Shown here: piece after piece, positions 62,301-64,000 of the stretch
Position numbering within the stretch: the first letter of the stretch is position 1
How the letters are laid out: each line of letters opens with the position of its first letter
Assembly (NCBI GenBank): GCA_030390025.1
Contig: CM059432.1
Span: 150,786,001-150,850,000 of the forward strand
Origin: Squalus acanthias
Taxonomy: Eukaryota
Direction: 5' to 3'
DNA: 64,000 bases
Position numbers and translations under genes: made by a program
Notes under the pieces: generated by a model
Told to the model about the DNA's origin: nothing
Seen by the model: only the letters and a program-made list of their open reading frames with translations
Database searches by the model: none

Positions 62301-63826
62301 GCTCGTAGACATCCATGATGGGTTGTGTCATCCGGGCGTTACTCGCATGCTACACTTCGTGCGGTCCCGAAATCTCCCATTCTCTACCGGGGATGTAAAG
62401 AAGATGTGCTCGGACTGCAGAGTCTGTGCGGAATTGAAACCTCAGTTTTTCCGCCCCTCGGGTGGTATACTCATACATGCGACCCAGCCAATGCAACGGC
62501 TTAGCATCGATTTTAAGGGGCCGTTGCCCTCTTCAACTCGCAACACTTATCTATTGACCATGGTCGATGAGTATTCCCGTTTTCCGTTTGCCTTTCCCTG
62601 CCCCAATATGCTGACGACCACGGTTATCAGCTGCCTTGAGCAGGTATTTGCTTTCTGTGGCATGGCATCCTATGTTCATTCGGATCGGGGCCCTTCTTTA
62701 TGTCAGGAGAACTCAAGGCCTATCTCTCGGAACGGGGTATTGCTGCCAGCAGAACGACGCCTTATCATCCGGTCGGGAATGGGCAAGTCGAGCGTTTTAA
62801 CGCTATCATCTGGAATGCGGTACGTCTGGCTTTGAGATCTCGGGGCCTACCCAACCAGCAATGGGAAGCAGTACTTCCAGACGCATTACACTCCACACGG
62901 TCCCTCCTTTCGACCGCCACAAATACGACGCCTCATGAACGGTTCTTCCGATTTCAGCGTCGCTCATCCTATGGGATATCTCTCCCGTCGTGGCTGACTG
63001 CACCGGGACCAGTGCTACTCCGAAGATATGTTCGAGCGTCTAAGAATGACCCCCTGGTAGATGAGGTTGAGCTCACTGACGTCAACCCTACCTACGCCTA
63101 TATTCGGTATCCTGACGGTCGGGAATCTACCGTGTCATTGCGGGATCTGGCTCCCTGCCCGCCGAAACATAGAGGGACACCAGGGGATGATATTGTACCA
63201 GGCACATCTCTGGGCTCGCCAGGTGCCTCTCATCACGATCTGGATCTGACGCCGGCTGGTACCTCACTCCAGCGTGCCGACCTGGGGCAGACTGACTATG
63301 AGCCCGTCGGGGCTCGCACGCGCAGCCACGATCCACCCCGTACCATACGCTCGGAAACAGATCTGCCACAGCCCTGCCCGACACCCGTTCGGGCACCAGT
63401 ACACAGTCAGGATCGTCCTGACCCCTCACAGAGCGGGCTGGATCACTCGGACTCTGGTCCACGGCCCGCGGCGGGTAAACGGGCTAGGGGCCCTCTACCG
63501 CTACGAGAACCCAAACGGGTGCGGCTCTCCCTCGTCCAGCGGCTACGAAATGGAGGGAGAATGTGGTAACACAATACAGCTTCCTGTGACTCGAACTTCA
63601 TCCCGGCCTCCTAATCTTTTGGGGGGGGAGAATGTGGTAACACAATACAGCTTCCTGTGACTCGAACTTTATTACATCACTTCCTGTGATTAGTCCAGGA
63701 TAAATACTGGGCTGATCAGTGGGATCCTGGAGAGGCATAGAGTAAGACCTCTTTTGTATGTAGCAACTTTTTAGTTGATTAAAGCTTACTTTAAGTTCAC
63801 CACGCGTAAGGCTCATTCTTACGACA
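59349..63826 (+). mobile_element. Ty3/Gypsy LTR retrotransposon, full length, young
   Basis: TG..CA LTRs at 59349-59542 and 63633-63826 (194 bp, 1 mismatch), 5-bp TSD CACAG, PPT at 63621-63632. Confidence 0.97.
59621..63569 (+). CDS. Gag-Pol (2x CCHC, protease, RT, RNase H, integrase) with two 1-bp deletions (~61387, ~62697)
   Basis: CFFCGDEFH..C and CSHCNKKGHFAKVC, LIDSGS, YDLKSAYHQ, YLDN, CDAS, HHCC, IDFKG..SDRG..VERFN; order PR-RT-RH-IN. Confidence 0.93.
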
Positions 63827-64000
63827 CACAGTTCATTGTAGAGATGCTCTATGGTGGCGAAGTGGGGTCATGCCAACCTTCATGTGCATGTGGCAGCCAC
63901 ATGTCTGTGGTGTCTAAAGTTAGGTGAATCTGCTGTGGTTTAGGCCATCCCTGGCATCACAGGCAGAATGTGCTCGCGTGCTGATCGCACTGGGTCAGCT

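Larger units (their letters stand above)
57015..64000. mobile_element. Harbinger transposon (continues beyond window) interrupted by Gypsy
   Basis: Myb/SANT gene on +; sequence after 63831 resembles the transposase 3' region on - (compare 39060-39200). Confidence 0.75.

Overview
Eukaryotic, repeat-saturated DNA with no confidently identifiable host gene. It is probably from a cartilaginous fish (inference from SacSINE1/DeuSINE-type SINEs, abundant CR1 LINEs and Penelope terminal repeats). Almost everything is nested transposable element sequence. There are about 20 PIF/Harbinger-derived insertions: convergent HARBI1-type transposase plus 3-exon Myb/SANT partner genes, deletion derivatives and MITEs. 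Also present are CR1, L2 and RTE LINEs, an intact Tigger/pogo element (DD32D), a near-intact Penelope-like element, and a young Gypsy element with 194-bp LTRs differing at one base. The most notable observations are: (1) minimal hammerhead ribozymes in Penelope repeats and foldback insertions; (2) a Harbinger MITE family built from arrayed hairpins with compensatory base changes, promoter-like motifs and three conserved splice donors; (3) a Gypsy PBS position complementary to its own LTR, suggesting self-priming; (4) a ~2.85-kb inversion reconstructed from split TE pieces; (5) a 38-bp templated insertion replacing a Penelope hairpin; (6) an in-frame HARBI1-CR1 ORF1 chimera. I found no clearly new multi-gene system. 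All family calls come from motif recognition by eye, not database searches, and coordinates of degraded elements are approximate.
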